Notes: generated from the sequence alone by a model not told the origin. DNA of 64,000 nt from an uncultured virus (IMG/VR IMGVR_UViG_3300033074_001400) (IMGVR_UViG_3300033074_001400:1-64000), one strand, 5' to 3'; positions 36,288 to 46,820 are shown, counted from the stretch's first letter. Numbers and translations are program-made.

Positions 36288-36661
36288 TTATAGCTATAGA
36301 TTTTGATGGTACTATAGTAACACACGAATATCCAAATATTGGAACAAGAGTACCTAATGCATTGGAAACTATGAAAAAATTACAGTCCCAAGGATGTAAA
36401 TTAATATTGTATACAATGCGTTCAGGGGAAAAATTACAAGAAGCTGTTGACTACCTTACTAAAAATGACATAATATTATTTGGAATAAATAATAATCCCG
36501 AACAATCAAGTTGGACAAGTAGCCCAAAAGTATATGCTAATTTATACATAGATGATAATGCGTTAGGTTGTCCTTTAAGTTATGTAAATGAAGGAAAAAA
36601 ACCATTTGTAGATTGGTATAAGGTGGAAACAATTTTAAAAGCTAAAAATATATTAGTATGA
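36284..36661 (+). CDS. HAD-superfamily phosphatase
   Basis: IAIDFDGT, LYTMR and KVYANLYIDD. Confidence 0.88.
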   Translation: MIIAIDFDGTIVTHEYPNIGTRVPNALETMKKLQSQGCKLILYTMRSGEKLQEAVDYLTKNDIILFGINNNPEQSSWTSSPKVYANLYIDDNALGCPLSYVNEGKKPFVDWYKVETILKAKNILV

Positions 36662-36918
36662 CAATAGGAAATAAAGATATTTTTAAATGGATTAGACAAG
36701 AAGGTAATAAACTTCCTCCTGACGAGTATTATGCATTTCATAAATACTGGCCGGGAACTCATTTTAATGAAAAGAAACAACAGCTTATAGGAGAATGGGA
36801 AGAACATCCCGTAAATCATTGCCGTAGATTAAAACGTATCTGGAAAAGGACGCATGATTTTAATCTAATTAATGAATATTTCAAAAAATATGGATTGCAA
36901 TTAAACTATAAACCATGA
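36658..36918 (+). CDS. hypothetical protein
   Basis: 86 aa; PVNH.RRLK motif. Confidence 0.6.
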   Translation: MTIGNKDIFKWIRQEGNKLPPDEYYAFHKYWPGTHFNEKKQQLIGEWEEHPVNHCRRLKRIWKRTHDFNLINEYFKKYGLQLNYKP

Positions 36919-37565
36919 GTTTTTTAGACGAATTATTTAATAAATACGAAAGCGATAAGGGGAGTAACCATCACAACTATACTCCTATATATGAGAGGAT
37001 ACTAAATCCTATACAATATAATAAATTTACTTTGTTAGAATTAGGCGTAGGTGGATACCATTATGAAGATAGGGGTGGTGGTGATTTAAAGGCATTTGCT
37101 GATTATCTACCAAAAGCAAAAATAATAGGTGTAGATATATACAAAAAGGAATTTCTAAACATTCCTAATAGAATAGAAACACATATAGGTGATCAGAATG
37201 ATGAAAAATTTCTTAAAAAGTTACATAAATCAGCAACAGGATTTGATATTATTATTGATGATGCTAGTCATAACAATCAAAAAACTATACGATCTTTTGA
37301 AATATTATTTCCTCTATTGAACGAAAATGGATATTATATTGTAGAAGATGTCCATACAAGCTATTGGGATAGTGAAGAATATCAAGGTGATGATAATGGT
37401 GATCCTTATATAAACACTACAATGAACTTTTTTAAGCGTCTCACTGATGTTCTTAATTTTGAACATATTAGTAATACGCAAAATTATGGAGGATTGGAGA
37501 AATATAAAGATATGATAGCAGCTATATCTTTTTATAAAGAATTAATTGTAATTGAAAAGAAATGA
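36915..37565 (+). CDS. class I SAM-dependent (sugar O-)methyltransferase, MycE-like
   Basis: SDKG..HHNY, LLELGVGG, GVDI, GDQ, FDIIIDDASH and YIVEDVHTSYW. Confidence 0.85.
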   Translation: MSFLDELFNKYESDKGSNHHNYTPIYERILNPIQYNKFTLLELGVGGYHYEDRGGGDLKAFADYLPKAKIIGVDIYKKEFLNIPNRIETHIGDQNDEKFLKKLHKSATGFDIIIDDASHNNQKTIRSFEILFPLLNENGYYIVEDVHTSYWDSEEYQGDDNGDPYINTTMNFFKRLTDVLNFEHISNTQNYGGLEKYKDMIAAISFYKELIVIEKK

Positions 37566-37969
37566 TAACTTCTATGATTCCTACTGAAGTACAGGAAGTA
37601 ATGGTGTATAACTATGTAAAATATGTAGGTAGAGAAACAATGGAAAGAGTACGTATAATTATTGATAAATATCCAGAATGGTTTCCTTGGGAGCATAAAT
37701 ATAAATCTATCCCTCAAGAAGTACATGATGCTTATTTTGCAGAAAAGTATCCTAAACCTGATTTTAAATCATCAACGAAAGGTATATATGAACAAATGAA
37801 AGAAAAGCCTGTAAATACTAATCTTACAATAGATTCTCTTCGTGATATGCTTAATAAATTATTCGATTATGATCGTGAACGAGCTTTGATTAGAGAATAT
37901 GAAAAACAGAAAGATAAAGAACTCTGGGATAAACATTATAGTAAATATAACTTAGAATATAAAGAATAA
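37562..37969 (+). CDS. hypothetical protein
   Basis: 135 aa. Confidence 0.6.
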   Translation: MITSMIPTEVQEVMVYNYVKYVGRETMERVRIIIDKYPEWFPWEHKYKSIPQEVHDAYFAEKYPKPDFKSSTKGIYEQMKEKPVNTNLTIDSLRDMLNKLFDYDRERALIREYEKQKDKELWDKHYSKYNLEYKE

Positions 37970-37970
37970 C

Positions 37971-38522
37971 ATGCCTACAGAAACAGGAATATGGACAATA
38001 GATGAAGCGTTAGCCTATCACGATTTCAGTTATAGATTAGCTAAATTTATAGGAAGTTATCTCTCAAAAGAAGAGTCTCTTATAGATTTTGGCTGTGGTA
38101 GAGCTACATATTTAAAATATTTTCATGATATAGGATTTAAGCAATTATATGGGGTGGAGGGTACAAACTTTCCAGCTTTTGAGTATAGTAATATTACTGT
38201 GCAAGACCTTACTGTTCCATTTATAAAAGATTCAATAGGGAATAGCCTATGTTTAGAAGTAGGAGAACATATTGATAAAAAATATGAGCATATATTTATA
38301 GACAATTTAGTAAATAATACACAAAATAAATTAATTCTTAGTTGGGCTAAAAGGGGACAAGAGGGAATTGGACATGTAAATTGTCAACACAATATTTATA
38401 TAATAGACCAACTTCAAAAAAAAGGCATGAAATTTTTAGTAGACGATTCTTTAGAGATACGTGAACATGTAGATAATCATACTTCATATTTTCGTGATAC
38501 TTTAATGATATTTCAAAAATAA
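37971..38522 (+). CDS. class I SAM-dependent methyltransferase
   Basis: IDFGCGRATY, CLEVGEHI and GQEGIGHVN. Confidence 0.85.
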   Translation: MPTETGIWTIDEALAYHDFSYRLAKFIGSYLSKEESLIDFGCGRATYLKYFHDIGFKQLYGVEGTNFPAFEYSNITVQDLTVPFIKDSIGNSLCLEVGEHIDKKYEHIFIDNLVNNTQNKLILSWAKRGQEGIGHVNCQHNIYIIDQLQKKGMKFLVDDSLEIREHVDNHTSYFRDTLMIFQK

Positions 38523-38526
38523 AAAT

Positions 38527-39240
38527 ATGTCTAAAATTTGTGGAATATATAAAATAACTTCTCCAACAGGTAAAGTTTATATAGGTCAGAGCAGAAATGT
38601 AAAGCAAAGATTTATAAAACATAGGTATAAAAGCAAAACGAGTCTATCTTCGCCGATTTTATATAACTCTTTTAGAAAATATGAAATTGAAACTCATATA
38701 TTTGAAATAGTTCATGAATTACCCACAGATGTTTCTCAGGAAATTTTAAATAATTATGAAATTTTTTATATTGAGTGTTATAAAGAATTAAGTATTGGCA
38801 TGATGAATGTAAAAGGAGGGGGTCATAATGGGGCTATGAATGAATTTTCCAAGCAAAAATTAAGAGAAGCAAATTTAGGTAAAAAAGTTTCTAATGAAAC
38901 TAGAAAAAAGATAAGCGAAGCCTTAAAAATATCTGCGGGACATTTTGTAGATCAGGTTACTAGAGACAAAATATCTTTAAAATTAACAGGTAAAAAGATT
39001 CCAGAAGAAGTTTTGAAAAAAACTTCAAAAGCAATAAAAGAAGGATATGATAATGGAACTAGGAAGAAAATTCAAGGAGAAGAACATTATTTTTGTAAGC
39101 TATCTTGGAAAAATGTTTGTGACATTAGAGATAAATATAATACTGGAAATTACTCCCAAGTTAATTTAGCAAAAGAATATAATTTAGACCCCGGATATAT
39201 CTCACAAATAATTAGTTTTAAATATAGAAAAACTAAATAA
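38527..39240 (+). CDS. GIY-YIG homing endonuclease with NUMOD3 repeats
   Basis: CGIYKITSPTGKVYIGQS; SNETRKKISEA repeats; C-terminal HTH. Confidence 0.9.
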   Translation: MSKICGIYKITSPTGKVYIGQSRNVKQRFIKHRYKSKTSLSSPILYNSFRKYEIETHIFEIVHELPTDVSQEILNNYEIFYIECYKELSIGMMNVKGGGHNGAMNEFSKQKLREANLGKKVSNETRKKISEALKISAGHFVDQVTRDKISLKLTGKKIPEEVLKKTSKAIKEGYDNGTRKKIQGEEHYFCKLSWKNVCDIRDKYNTGNYSQVNLAKEYNLDPGYISQIISFKYRKTK

Positions 39241-39241
39241 T

Positions 39242-40843
39242 ATGAAAACTATTTCTTATTCTAAATTTGGACGGCGTATGGGTAGGCTTGGGAATTCAAT
39301 GTTCCAACTAGCTTCTTTATATGGAATGTCAAAACGATTTAATAGAAAATTAGCACTTCCTGAGTGGAATTATGCTGAATATTTTACATCAAATATAGAT
39401 ATTATACCGAGGGGAGATTTTAAAGAAGATATAGCTGAACCATCTTATTCATTTTCTGGATGGGATTATTGGAAGAAGCAATTTGAAGGAAAAGATCACG
39501 TTAGCGTTACAGGATGGTTACAATCTCCTAAATATTGGGCACATTATAGGTCTGATATAAGTGGTTTATTATTTAATTTTACACCTGAATTTAAATATAG
39601 ATTGTATGAACAATATAGTCATATATTTTCCAATAATAAACATACAATATTAATTGGTATACGTGTAGCAGAAGATTATGTAGATAATGGAAATTATGAA
39701 ATTTTAGATATTAAATATCAACTTGGTGCTTTATATAAATATTTCCCAAATTGGGAACAGGAAAATAACATCATTGTATTTAGTGATAATTATGACTATG
39801 CTAAGCGACATTTAGATTGTCACGAAAGTATCTATTTTGCAGAAGGATTATCTGATATAGAACAGCTCTGTTTAGGTACATTCTGCGATCATTTTATTAT
39901 ACCTAATAGCACATTTTCATGGTGGCAAGCTTATCTTGGACAAAAACCAGATAGTGTTGTTATATATCCTTCTAAATATTTTAAAGGATATTTACAAGAA
40001 ACACATAGTACAAAAGATTTTTGGCCGGAAGATTGGATATCATATGATTATAGAGGTGAAAGATTTAATTTTAATGATGTTGCTTTTACAATTCCTACTA
40101 AGTATGATCATTCTGATAGAGTAGAAAATTTAAAGTTATGTTTAGACTGGATTAATAAAAACTTTATAACATATACTTATATATCTGAACAGGGTGGAAG
40201 TACAATGTTTAAAAATTCATATGGTTGCTATGGATTTTCATTTTTTAAAGGTGATATATTTCATCGTACAAAAATGTTAAATGAAATGGCAAGTGAAGTA
40301 TTAAATCAATGTAAAATTGTAATAAACTTCGATTGTGATAATATATGTTCAATTCTACAAATGAAACTTGGTGTAGATGCTATTATGCGAGAAGAAGCAG
40401 ATATGGTGTATCCTTATGATGGTAGAGTAGCTCGATTGAACAGAGTAGAATGGTATCGTAAATTGAGGGATACAGGAGGAGATGTGGGTATATTAGGTAG
40501 TACAGTGTTTAAAGGAACACGGCCATTTGATCCTAAGAGTGTAGGACATATTATTATATGGAATAGAGAGAGGTTTTTTGAGGGAGGAGGAGAAAATGAG
40601 AATTTTATAAGCTATGGCCCAGAAGATGTGGAAAGGTATGAAAGATTTAATAAATTAGGATATAAAATCCTGAGAATCAAAGGAATAGTATATCATATAG
40701 ATCATTGGTGTGGGCCTGATAGTGGAGGATCAAACCCTATGTTCGGTAAGAATTATGAAGAATTAGAGAAAATAAGAGGAATGTCAAAGAAATCCTTGCG
40801 GGAATATGTTAATACTTGGCCACAAACGAAAAAGCCCCTTTAA
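39242..40843 (+). CDS. bifunctional glycosyltransferase: GT11 (alpha-1,2-fucosyltransferase-like) plus GT-A/GT7-C galactosyltransferase-like
   Basis: GRLGNSMFQ, IRVAEDY, FSDN and NSTFSWW (GT11); DCD and GGENENFISYGPED (GT7-C). Confidence 0.85.
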   Translation: MKTISYSKFGRRMGRLGNSMFQLASLYGMSKRFNRKLALPEWNYAEYFTSNIDIIPRGDFKEDIAEPSYSFSGWDYWKKQFEGKDHVSVTGWLQSPKYWAHYRSDISGLLFNFTPEFKYRLYEQYSHIFSNNKHTILIGIRVAEDYVDNGNYEILDIKYQLGALYKYFPNWEQENNIIVFSDNYDYAKRHLDCHESIYFAEGLSDIEQLCLGTFCDHFIIPNSTFSWWQAYLGQKPDSVVIYPSKYFKGYLQETHSTKDFWPEDWISYDYRGERFNFNDVAFTIPTKYDHSDRVENLKLCLDWINKNFITYTYISEQGGSTMFKNSYGCYGFSFFKGDIFHRTKMLNEMASEVLNQCKIVINFDCDNICSILQMKLGVDAIMREEADMVYPYDGRVARLNRVEWYRKLRDTGGDVGILGSTVFKGTRPFDPKSVGHIIIWNRERFFEGGGENENFISYGPEDVERYERFNKLGYKILRIKGIVYHIDHWCGPDSGGSNPMFGKNYEELEKIRGMSKKSLREYVNTWPQTKKPL

Positions 40844-40858
40844 TTAGGGGCTTTTTTT
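40829..40858. terminator. bidirectional terminator where the two transcription units converge
   Basis: AAAAAGCCCCT-ttaatt-AGGGGCTTTTT. Confidence 0.85.
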
Positions 40859-40876
40859 CTTATATCAACAACGTAA

Positions 40877-41305
40877 TCAATCAATTTTTTCATCCCATAA
40901 CAGGATATCGAGAATATTGTAATATATGCTCCCTGCAACGACATCTTTTGTAACAACATCTGTAAAGTCTTTTTCGGTGAATTCTACTGTTTGTACTTCA
41001 ATATCAATTTCATCTAATTCATTTAATTTCTTACGAAATTCTTCTTCCATTCCTTCTTTAATTTTCTTTTTAGGAGTAGTTTCTCCTTCTGGAATATACT
41101 CTTCATGATATTCATCATAGAGTTCTTTAATTTGATCAATCACTTGACGATATTCTGTCTGAATAGCATTTCCTAACTTTTTAAGATGGAATTTAGTCTT
41201 TTGAGAAATATTCTTCAAAAGAAGTGGGTCTTGTACCCTGTCTGATCCGAAAATTTCAACTAAATAATTATCAAGATATTTAGTTTTTAATTTAACTGTT
41301 TTCAT
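40877..41305 (-). CDS. hypothetical protein (possible tail chaperone-like)
   Basis: 142 aa, acidic and helical. Confidence 0.6.
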   Translation of the reverse strand: MKTVKLKTKYLDNYLVEIFGSDRVQDPLLLKNISQKTKFHLKKLGNAIQTEYRQVIDQIKELYDEYHEEYIPEGETTPKKKIKEGMEEEFRKKLNELDEIDIEVQTVEFTEKDFTDVVTKDVVAGSIYYNILDILLWDEKID

Positions 41306-41336
41306 TTTTCTTTTTGGTTTTATAGTGTAAAGATAA

Positions 41337-41618
41337 TTAGTTTATATGGATTTTCCAAAAAATATTTCCAGATCGCATAGATTTAGAAAAATCAGCTTTT
41401 ATACCCCATGCGTTATTAAGAGAGTTTATATGACTTATAATATGATCTATTTTTCTAATAGATAGGCTAAGACGAAATGTATAATCTTCAGGATTTTTGA
41501 TTATCGTGAAGTAGGAATTACTGTCCATACTATCAATAAGGGTTTCCAACAAATCAAAATAATGAGCCTCATTATCTGGAATATGATCTTTTGTAAAGTT
41601 CTTATAGGATATTTCCAT
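41337..41618 (-). CDS. hypothetical protein
   Basis: 93 aa. Confidence 0.6.
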   Translation of the reverse strand: MEISYKNFTKDHIPDNEAHYFDLLETLIDSMDSNSYFTIIKNPEDYTFRLSLSIRKIDHIISHINSLNNAWGIKADFSKSMRSGNIFWKIHIN

Positions 41619-41620
41619 AT

Positions 41621-42031
41621 TTAACTTAGAGTTAAAAGATATAATGTCTTATTAGCTTCTCCATTTAATGTCTGAGCTATTTGTTCTACATCACAAAATT
41701 CCTGTCCTTCAGCCCAATCTTCTAGTTGTGTAGCAAATATAGCTAACGCTTTTACCACTTTTTGGGGAACACCTTGTCCATAATTGATAAGGGGCTCTAT
41801 TTTAAAAGCATTAGGTCGCTTAGACATATATCCCATCAATTTTTCAACAATTTCGTCTTTAAAATCTACTAATTTTTCATATAGTGATCCTAAAGATTGG
41901 TGTTCTGCAATTGATGTAGTTTGCCAATGTAACAGATGTATCTGTTCATAGAAATGCGAAAGCTTTGACGCTATTTGTTCAATAGTCAATGAGCCAGAAG
42001 AAGAACTATCTCCTTCGAGTAAAATTGCCAT
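41621..42031 (-). CDS. ferritin/Dps-like protein (DUF5856-like)
   Basis: HLLHWQT...EH..L..LYE...D..VE; YLLTLS terminus. Confidence 0.75.
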   Translation of the reverse strand: MAILLEGDSSSSGSLTIEQIASKLSHFYEQIHLLHWQTTSIAEHQSLGSLYEKLVDFKDEIVEKLMGYMSKRPNAFKIEPLINYGQGVPQKVVKALAIFATQLEDWAEGQEFCDVEQIAQTLNGEANKTLYLLTLS

Positions 42032-42041
42032 AAAAGTTTAT

Positions 42042-42449
42042 TTATACGGTGATTGCCAAAGTGAGATTAGCAGAATCAGCACATAATGTGTCTGCTACGT
42101 CTTGCTTCAACTTTAAAAGTATGTTACTTCCGTCTACTTGGAATGTACCAAGATGGGATGCTTTACTGTTTAAACCGTCTACTACATCTTGAATAGTGGT
42201 TGTAGCTGATGCTAATGTTACCACCTGAGTAAGTACAGGGGAAGCACTGCAAGAGATAACTACGTTAAATACATCATCTGTAACGTCTGCTGGCGTAGCA
42301 GTAAGCAGTACATATGGTGCACAACATACGTTTACATCTTCTTCAACCCAATCACCTACTTTAGGCTTATTTTTGCGTTGTACAGATGAACCGGGGATAC
42401 GATTTTTCTTGGCATCCAAACGTGTAAAAAGTTTTGTTCTGTTATTCAT
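42042..42449 (-). CDS. hypothetical (possibly structural) protein
   Basis: RIPGS...KPKVGDW N-terminus, late region. Confidence 0.6.
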   Translation of the reverse strand: MNNRTKLFTRLDAKKNRIPGSSVQRKNKPKVGDWVEEDVNVCCAPYVLLTATPADVTDDVFNVVISCSASPVLTQVVTLASATTTIQDVVDGLNSKASHLGTFQVDGSNILLKLKQDVADTLCADSANLTLAITV

Positions 42450-42452
42450 TTT

Positions 42453-43559
42453 CTATTTTTTTATTAGTGAATTGTATGTATCTATAATTTCCTGAACGTA
42501 TACCGAAGTACAATATTTAATAGATTCAGGATGATCTAGTATTTTTTGAAGATTTTCAATATCATCAAATACTGATCTATTTTTGTAACTTTCTTTATAG
42601 AAAGCAGGTGCATCTATGATAATTAGCTTTCCTTCTTCATCTTTTTTAGATTTTAAATTGTCAACTATTCTTATTTTAGAATCAGCAGTAACTCCAGCAT
42701 TATGCATCCAGAAACGTTTATCTAATTTTGATGTTTCTTCTGTGGCCCAAGTGAAGTCCATCCAGCTTGGTGTTTCTGATGGTAATTTGAATCTCCATAA
42801 GTTCCATTGAATGGACCACATATCTGCGCACCAGCTTTGTATACCGTTGTTTTCTCTTTCGAGAGGCAAATCTCCGGGAAAAAACTGTTGATTTACGACT
42901 TGGAAATACATTCTTACCAGTAAACAAGTTTCTATACATGAGGAGAAAAATTTAGATGTGATATTTTTAAATAAATAATGTGCTCCTCCAGTATTATTAT
43001 TGTTTTGTTTTAAATCTTCTTCTGTAAGTTTTGCAAATGATGCTGCTTTAGCTATTACATTTGCTTTTTTATACTCTTCTTCTTTTCCTTTAACTATATC
43101 TTTTTCTTTTGATGCTAGATATTCATGATTTAAATAAGTATGTGTATCTGATAAATAATTTACATCATCCTCTAAATAATCTAAAAATTTAGGAGTAGAT
43201 GTAAAAATAACATCACTATCTATATATAATATAGCCTGTTTTTCAAGCTCTGGGAAATCTTTAAAATGTTGTTCTAATGAACATAACCTATGAATAGGTA
43301 TATATTGATATTCTACAGCTAAATCTGTCACGCTTGCTGTTTTATCTACAAAGAAAAAGAATTTAGTTTCTTTAAATATATTAGCTAATTCTTTCCATTT
43401 TGGAGATAATCCTCTGGATAAATTATATGCTGGTAAAAATACTAATATTCTAAATTTATCAGAAAGATTATATTTTCTAGCATTATGTAATTGAACAGTA
43501 GTTTCCCAAATAAATCGCTCATTATCCTCTACACATGAAATTATACTATATTCTCTCAT
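42453..43559 (-). CDS. GT-A glycosyltransferase resembling peptide O-glycosyltransferases
   Basis: YIDSDVIF (DxD), GGAHY, WCADMWS and HNAG. Confidence 0.65.
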   Translation of the reverse strand: MREYSIISCVEDNERFIWETTVQLHNARKYNLSDKFRILVFLPAYNLSRGLSPKWKELANIFKETKFFFFVDKTASVTDLAVEYQYIPIHRLCSLEQHFKDFPELEKQAILYIDSDVIFTSTPKFLDYLEDDVNYLSDTHTYLNHEYLASKEKDIVKGKEEEYKKANVIAKAASFAKLTEEDLKQNNNNTGGAHYLFKNITSKFFSSCIETCLLVRMYFQVVNQQFFPGDLPLERENNGIQSWCADMWSIQWNLWRFKLPSETPSWMDFTWATEETSKLDKRFWMHNAGVTADSKIRIVDNLKSKKDEEGKLIIIDAPAFYKESYKNRSVFDDIENLQKILDHPESIKYCTSVYVQEIIDTYNSLIKK

Positions 43560-43560
43560 A

Positions 43561-44163
43561 TTAGCGTTTAGTTAGGTAAACAATTAAATCAGCTACTACA
43601 TTGATATAATGTGCCATAGCGTAATTTCTGAATTTTTCTTCCCTCATTGTCCAATTTTCACCTTTATCATTATGGAATGATACATGCACTTCAAAACTAT
43701 AATCACTCTTAATTGGATAGTGATCTAATTTATTAATTTGTCTCCAGTTTTTATCAAAATAAAGATAACGAGCTGAAGGAATAAATGTCTTATGAGTGGG
43801 GTCTTGGAAAGCTCTTTCTGAAAAACAATAAGGGTGTATGAGTCTCATCTTACCATTAGGTTTTAGAATTCTCCAACATTCATCCATATGTTTCATGAAA
43901 TCTTCACCTGTAAGGTGTTCTACAAAGTGACTACTTACGATTTCATCTACACTATTATCCTCAAAAGGATAGGGAAAACTAGTTAAATCGTGCACTATAT
44001 CAACACCTTCACATTTTACAAAATCTACTCCTATATATTTTTCACCATCTTCACCCACTGTACAGTTTTGACCACATCCAAAGTCAATTCTTACCGGTTT
44101 TACGGGTACTATTTCCAATACCTCTGATACTTTTTCTTCTTTTTTGGTTTTTTTAGTTGCCAT
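43561..44163 (-). CDS. SAM-dependent methyltransferase (type 11)
   Basis: IDFGCG, PYPFEDNSVDEI, HFVEH, RILKPNG and DPTH. Confidence 0.88.
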   Translation of the reverse strand: MATKKTKKEEKVSEVLEIVPVKPVRIDFGCGQNCTVGEDGEKYIGVDFVKCEGVDIVHDLTSFPYPFEDNSVDEIVSSHFVEHLTGEDFMKHMDECWRILKPNGKMRLIHPYCFSERAFQDPTHKTFIPSARYLYFDKNWRQINKLDHYPIKSDYSFEVHVSFHNDKGENWTMREEKFRNYAMAHYINVVADLIVYLTKR

Positions 44164-44166
44164 TAT

Positions 44167-44349
44167 TTATTGGTTTGTTTTATTTTTTAAATAATCTGAT
44201 AGAGCTTTGTCTCTTAAATTCATAATTTCAAGATGGTTATTAAGCCCTAATTCTTTAGCTTTAGCATAAGCTTTTTCTTTTAATTCATAACAATCCTTAC
44301 AAAACCAGCTAAACCCATCATGTTCTTTTTTACAATTTATACATTTCAT
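44167..44349 (-). CDS. small zinc-finger protein
   Basis: CINC...CKDC. Confidence 0.6.
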   Translation of the reverse strand: MKCINCKKEHDGFSWFCKDCYELKEKAYAKAKELGLNNHLEIMNLRDKALSDYLKNKTNQ

Positions 44350-44352
44350 AAC

Positions 44353-44757
44353 TCATTGATTGTCAATCATATACTTTTCAATTCCTTCTTTATATTTTTC
44401 GTACCATCCTAAAGCTCCGTTACATTTTATACATAATAAGCCTCTAACGTAACCTGTGTTATGGTCATGATCTACAGCAAAATTATTAGTTTTAGGCCCA
44501 GATATTGTAGTTTTACATATTTTACACTCACCATTTTGTTCTTTTAAAAGCTTATTGTAATCATCTAAAGAAATACCATATCTTTTTTTATATTGTCTAT
44601 CTCTTTCTAATAAAATAAATTTTTCTTTATTTCTAAGATATGATTCTCTTTTATATTTATTATCTTTTTCTCTATTTCTTTCTCTCCAAGCTTTTTGGTA
44701 AATTTTGACTTTTTCCTTTTCTTCAGGAGTCATTAATGTATATTTCTTTCCCATATT
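44353..44757 (-). CDS. endonuclease VII-type (HNH) homing endonuclease
   Basis: YGISLDDY...QNGECKIC...VDHDH.TG.VRGLLC..CN. Confidence 0.88.
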   Translation of the reverse strand, partial: NMGKKYTLMTPEEKEKVKIYQKAWRERNREKDNKYKRESYLRNKEKFILLERDRQYKKRYGISLDDYNKLLKEQNGECKICKTTISGPKTNNFAVDHDHNTGYVRGLLCIKCNGALGWYEKYKEGIEKYMIDNQ

Positions 44758-44765
44758 AAAAATAT

Positions 44766-45515
44766 TTACCACATAAAGTCTGGTATACCTGCTGTTCCAG
44801 TATAATCATAGTGACCAACCCTAACACGGGAATCTACTGCGAATTTGTAGCCCAACTTTCCCGCAGCTTCACAAAAAGCGAGGTCTTGGGTATAAGCTTG
44901 AGCACCTACACCGGGAGTATATTCTTGTTTTGTTTCAAATAAAGGTCTTGGTAGACGTTTATCCTTAAACATTTCCATTTTAAAAAGAGAAAATCCCATA
45001 GCGATACCTCTACACGGTGTAACTGTCTCAGGATCAGGCATAAATGGAATAAAATTAACAGGGAATGAATTTGGCCTACCATAACACATAGGTTGACCAG
45101 CTTCACCTTTTGTAAAATACAATCCTCCTATACCATCATACTTATCCATATTCTCATATAGTTTGAGAAGTCCATCAGGAGGAGGAGCATTATCATGTTC
45201 GATTGTTAATATGTATTTCCATTTAGAAAGTTCAGGATTTGCAAGAATTTGTTCAATTGTAGTTGAATACGCTTGTCCCACTTCCATTTTCTCCACCATA
45301 AGCATAATAAACCTTTGATTCATTGGTGTCATCATTCCTCTCCATGATTGAACTATTTTTGGAGGAATACCACCAATACAAGGTACTATACATATTGTAG
45401 ATAAATCTTCATAACTCTTTGATTTTGAGAGCCTTTTAGCTGTTTCCGGATTTGAATTATGATATCCAGCATAGCTATATAAGGGATCAAAGTGTATTTT
45501 TGCTTCGTTACTCAT
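44766..45515 (-). CDS. GT2-like glycosyltransferase
   Basis: LTIEHDN, GGLYFTK, MGFSLF, QDLAFC and VDSRVRVGH. Confidence 0.75.
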   Translation of the reverse strand: MSNEAKIHFDPLYSYAGYHNSNPETAKRLSKSKSYEDLSTICIVPCIGGIPPKIVQSWRGMMTPMNQRFIMLMVEKMEVGQAYSTTIEQILANPELSKWKYILTIEHDNAPPPDGLLKLYENMDKYDGIGGLYFTKGEAGQPMCYGRPNSFPVNFIPFMPDPETVTPCRGIAMGFSLFKMEMFKDKRLPRPLFETKQEYTPGVGAQAYTQDLAFCEAAGKLGYKFAVDSRVRVGHYDYTGTAGIPDFMW

Positions 45516-45536
45516 TTTTCCTGTTTGGTTTTAATG

Positions 45537-45568
45537 CAAAGATAAAAAGTATTTAGTTAAAAAACAAA
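45537..45568 (-). promoter_or_regulatory. Bacteroidota housekeeping-sigma promoter
   Basis: minus strand TTTG - 20 nt - TATCTTTG. Confidence 0.75.
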
Positions 45569-45575
45569 TTTTTTA

Positions 45576-46820
45576 TTAGAAAAGCCATGCTAAACTTGCT
45601 GTATTTGAACCAGAAGCAGCATATTCGGCATATCCTAAATCTGGGGCTGGTCCTGTATAAGGTAATCCAACATTTGTACCTGCATTTATCAAGTCTGATC
45701 CAGCAGCCAGTTTCATAAAAGTTATTGTAGGTAGAGTTCCATCACCATTTCTGGCATTATCCAGTTGACTATCATCCAAACTCTGGAAGTCTTCAGAAGT
45801 AAGGGATAGGGCTCCTTGCCAGCTATTTGTTGTAGTTACAGCATTTCCTACAATTTCATTAGCAGCATCATTGTATGATATATTGTTTGTAATACTAGCT
45901 ACTGATGCATTCCATGAACCAAACCAGAATCCATAAACACCTGATTCTGAGACAGTATTGTTAAAAATATCAGATTTTCCAAGTAGTTGATTTTCAACAA
46001 TTCCAAATGATCTATTTTTATGAACAATACAGTTTGTTACAGTACGATACTTAGTATTTATATCAGTTCCAGTAGTACTGCCTAGTTTTATACCTGACCC
46101 ATTACCGGCAGTATCAAATGTTCCCGGTTTATATCCATTATAAAATGACCAACAATTTTCTATTGTAACCATCCCAAGATTTTCCCAAACATCAAAACCA
46201 TCGTCACAATTCCACCAAGCTCTGCAATTTCTTATTATATTTCCATTACCTGAGCAGAAGTTAATTTGTAAACCATCTGCACCGTCCCAAGCATCAGTTC
46301 CAAGTCCATCAGAACCATAAGGGTCAGAGTTCCGGTAGAAATCACAATCTTCGATTAAGTTATTACTCGAAGCTCCTCTTATAGACATGCTTGCCATATT
46401 ATCATGGTAATTAATACGTCTAAAAATACAGTTACTACTATCACCAAATCTAAAAGCTGACCAAGTTGTTTCACCCACCAGTTGAGCAAAATTAGCTATC
46501 TCCAAATCTTGCCAGTGAAGATAGTTTCCTTCACAATAAATTAAGTCCTGATCTACTCCGGGAACTACCGCATAGGAACCTGATCTTGTAATCACTGCTG
46601 TCTCTCCGGGATATCCCCATATCTTAATAAGATTACCTGCTGTGCCATTCCTTAATTGGAGATATTGCATGTGGTCATAAGCATGGGTTCCACCACGTAA
46701 ATAGATGGTATCTCCGGCTGCAACAGCAGTCCAAGCTTTATTTAAGGTTTTCCAAGGACTTCCAATTGCACCAGTACCTGTAGAATCATTTCCTGAAGGT
46801 GATAAATAATAAGTTGCCAT
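45576..46820 (-). CDS. right-handed beta-helix polysaccharide lyase (PL9-like) depolymerase
   Basis: YYLSPSGND..G....PWKT, AGDTIYLRGG, ADG, CRAWWNCDDGFD, GNGSGIKLG and APDLG. Confidence 0.85.
   Translation of the reverse strand: MATYYLSPSGNDSTGTGAIGSPWKTLNKAWTAVAAGDTIYLRGGTHAYDHMQYLQLRNGTAGNLIKIWGYPGETAVITRSGSYAVVPGVDQDLIYCEGNYLHWQDLEIANFAQLVGETTWSAFRFGDSSNCIFRRINYHDNMASMSIRGASSNNLIEDCDFYRNSDPYGSDGLGTDAWDGADGLQINFCSGNGNIIRNCRAWWNCDDGFDVWENLGMVTIENCWSFYNGYKPGTFDTAGNGSGIKLGSTTGTDINTKYRTVTNCIVHKNRSFGIVENQLLGKSDIFNNTVSESGVYGFWFGSWNASVASITNNISYNDAANEIVGNAVTTTNSWQGALSLTSEDFQSLDDSQLDNARNGDGTLPTITFMKLAAGSDLINAGTNVGLPYTGPAPDLGYAEYAASGSNTASLAWLF

Noticed and set aside
3346..38622. Minus-strand ORFs overlapping the + strand genes (e.g. 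3346, 7347, 23794, 32756, 35743)
   Set aside because: Antisense shadows of real genes; F/I/S-rich with no motifs.
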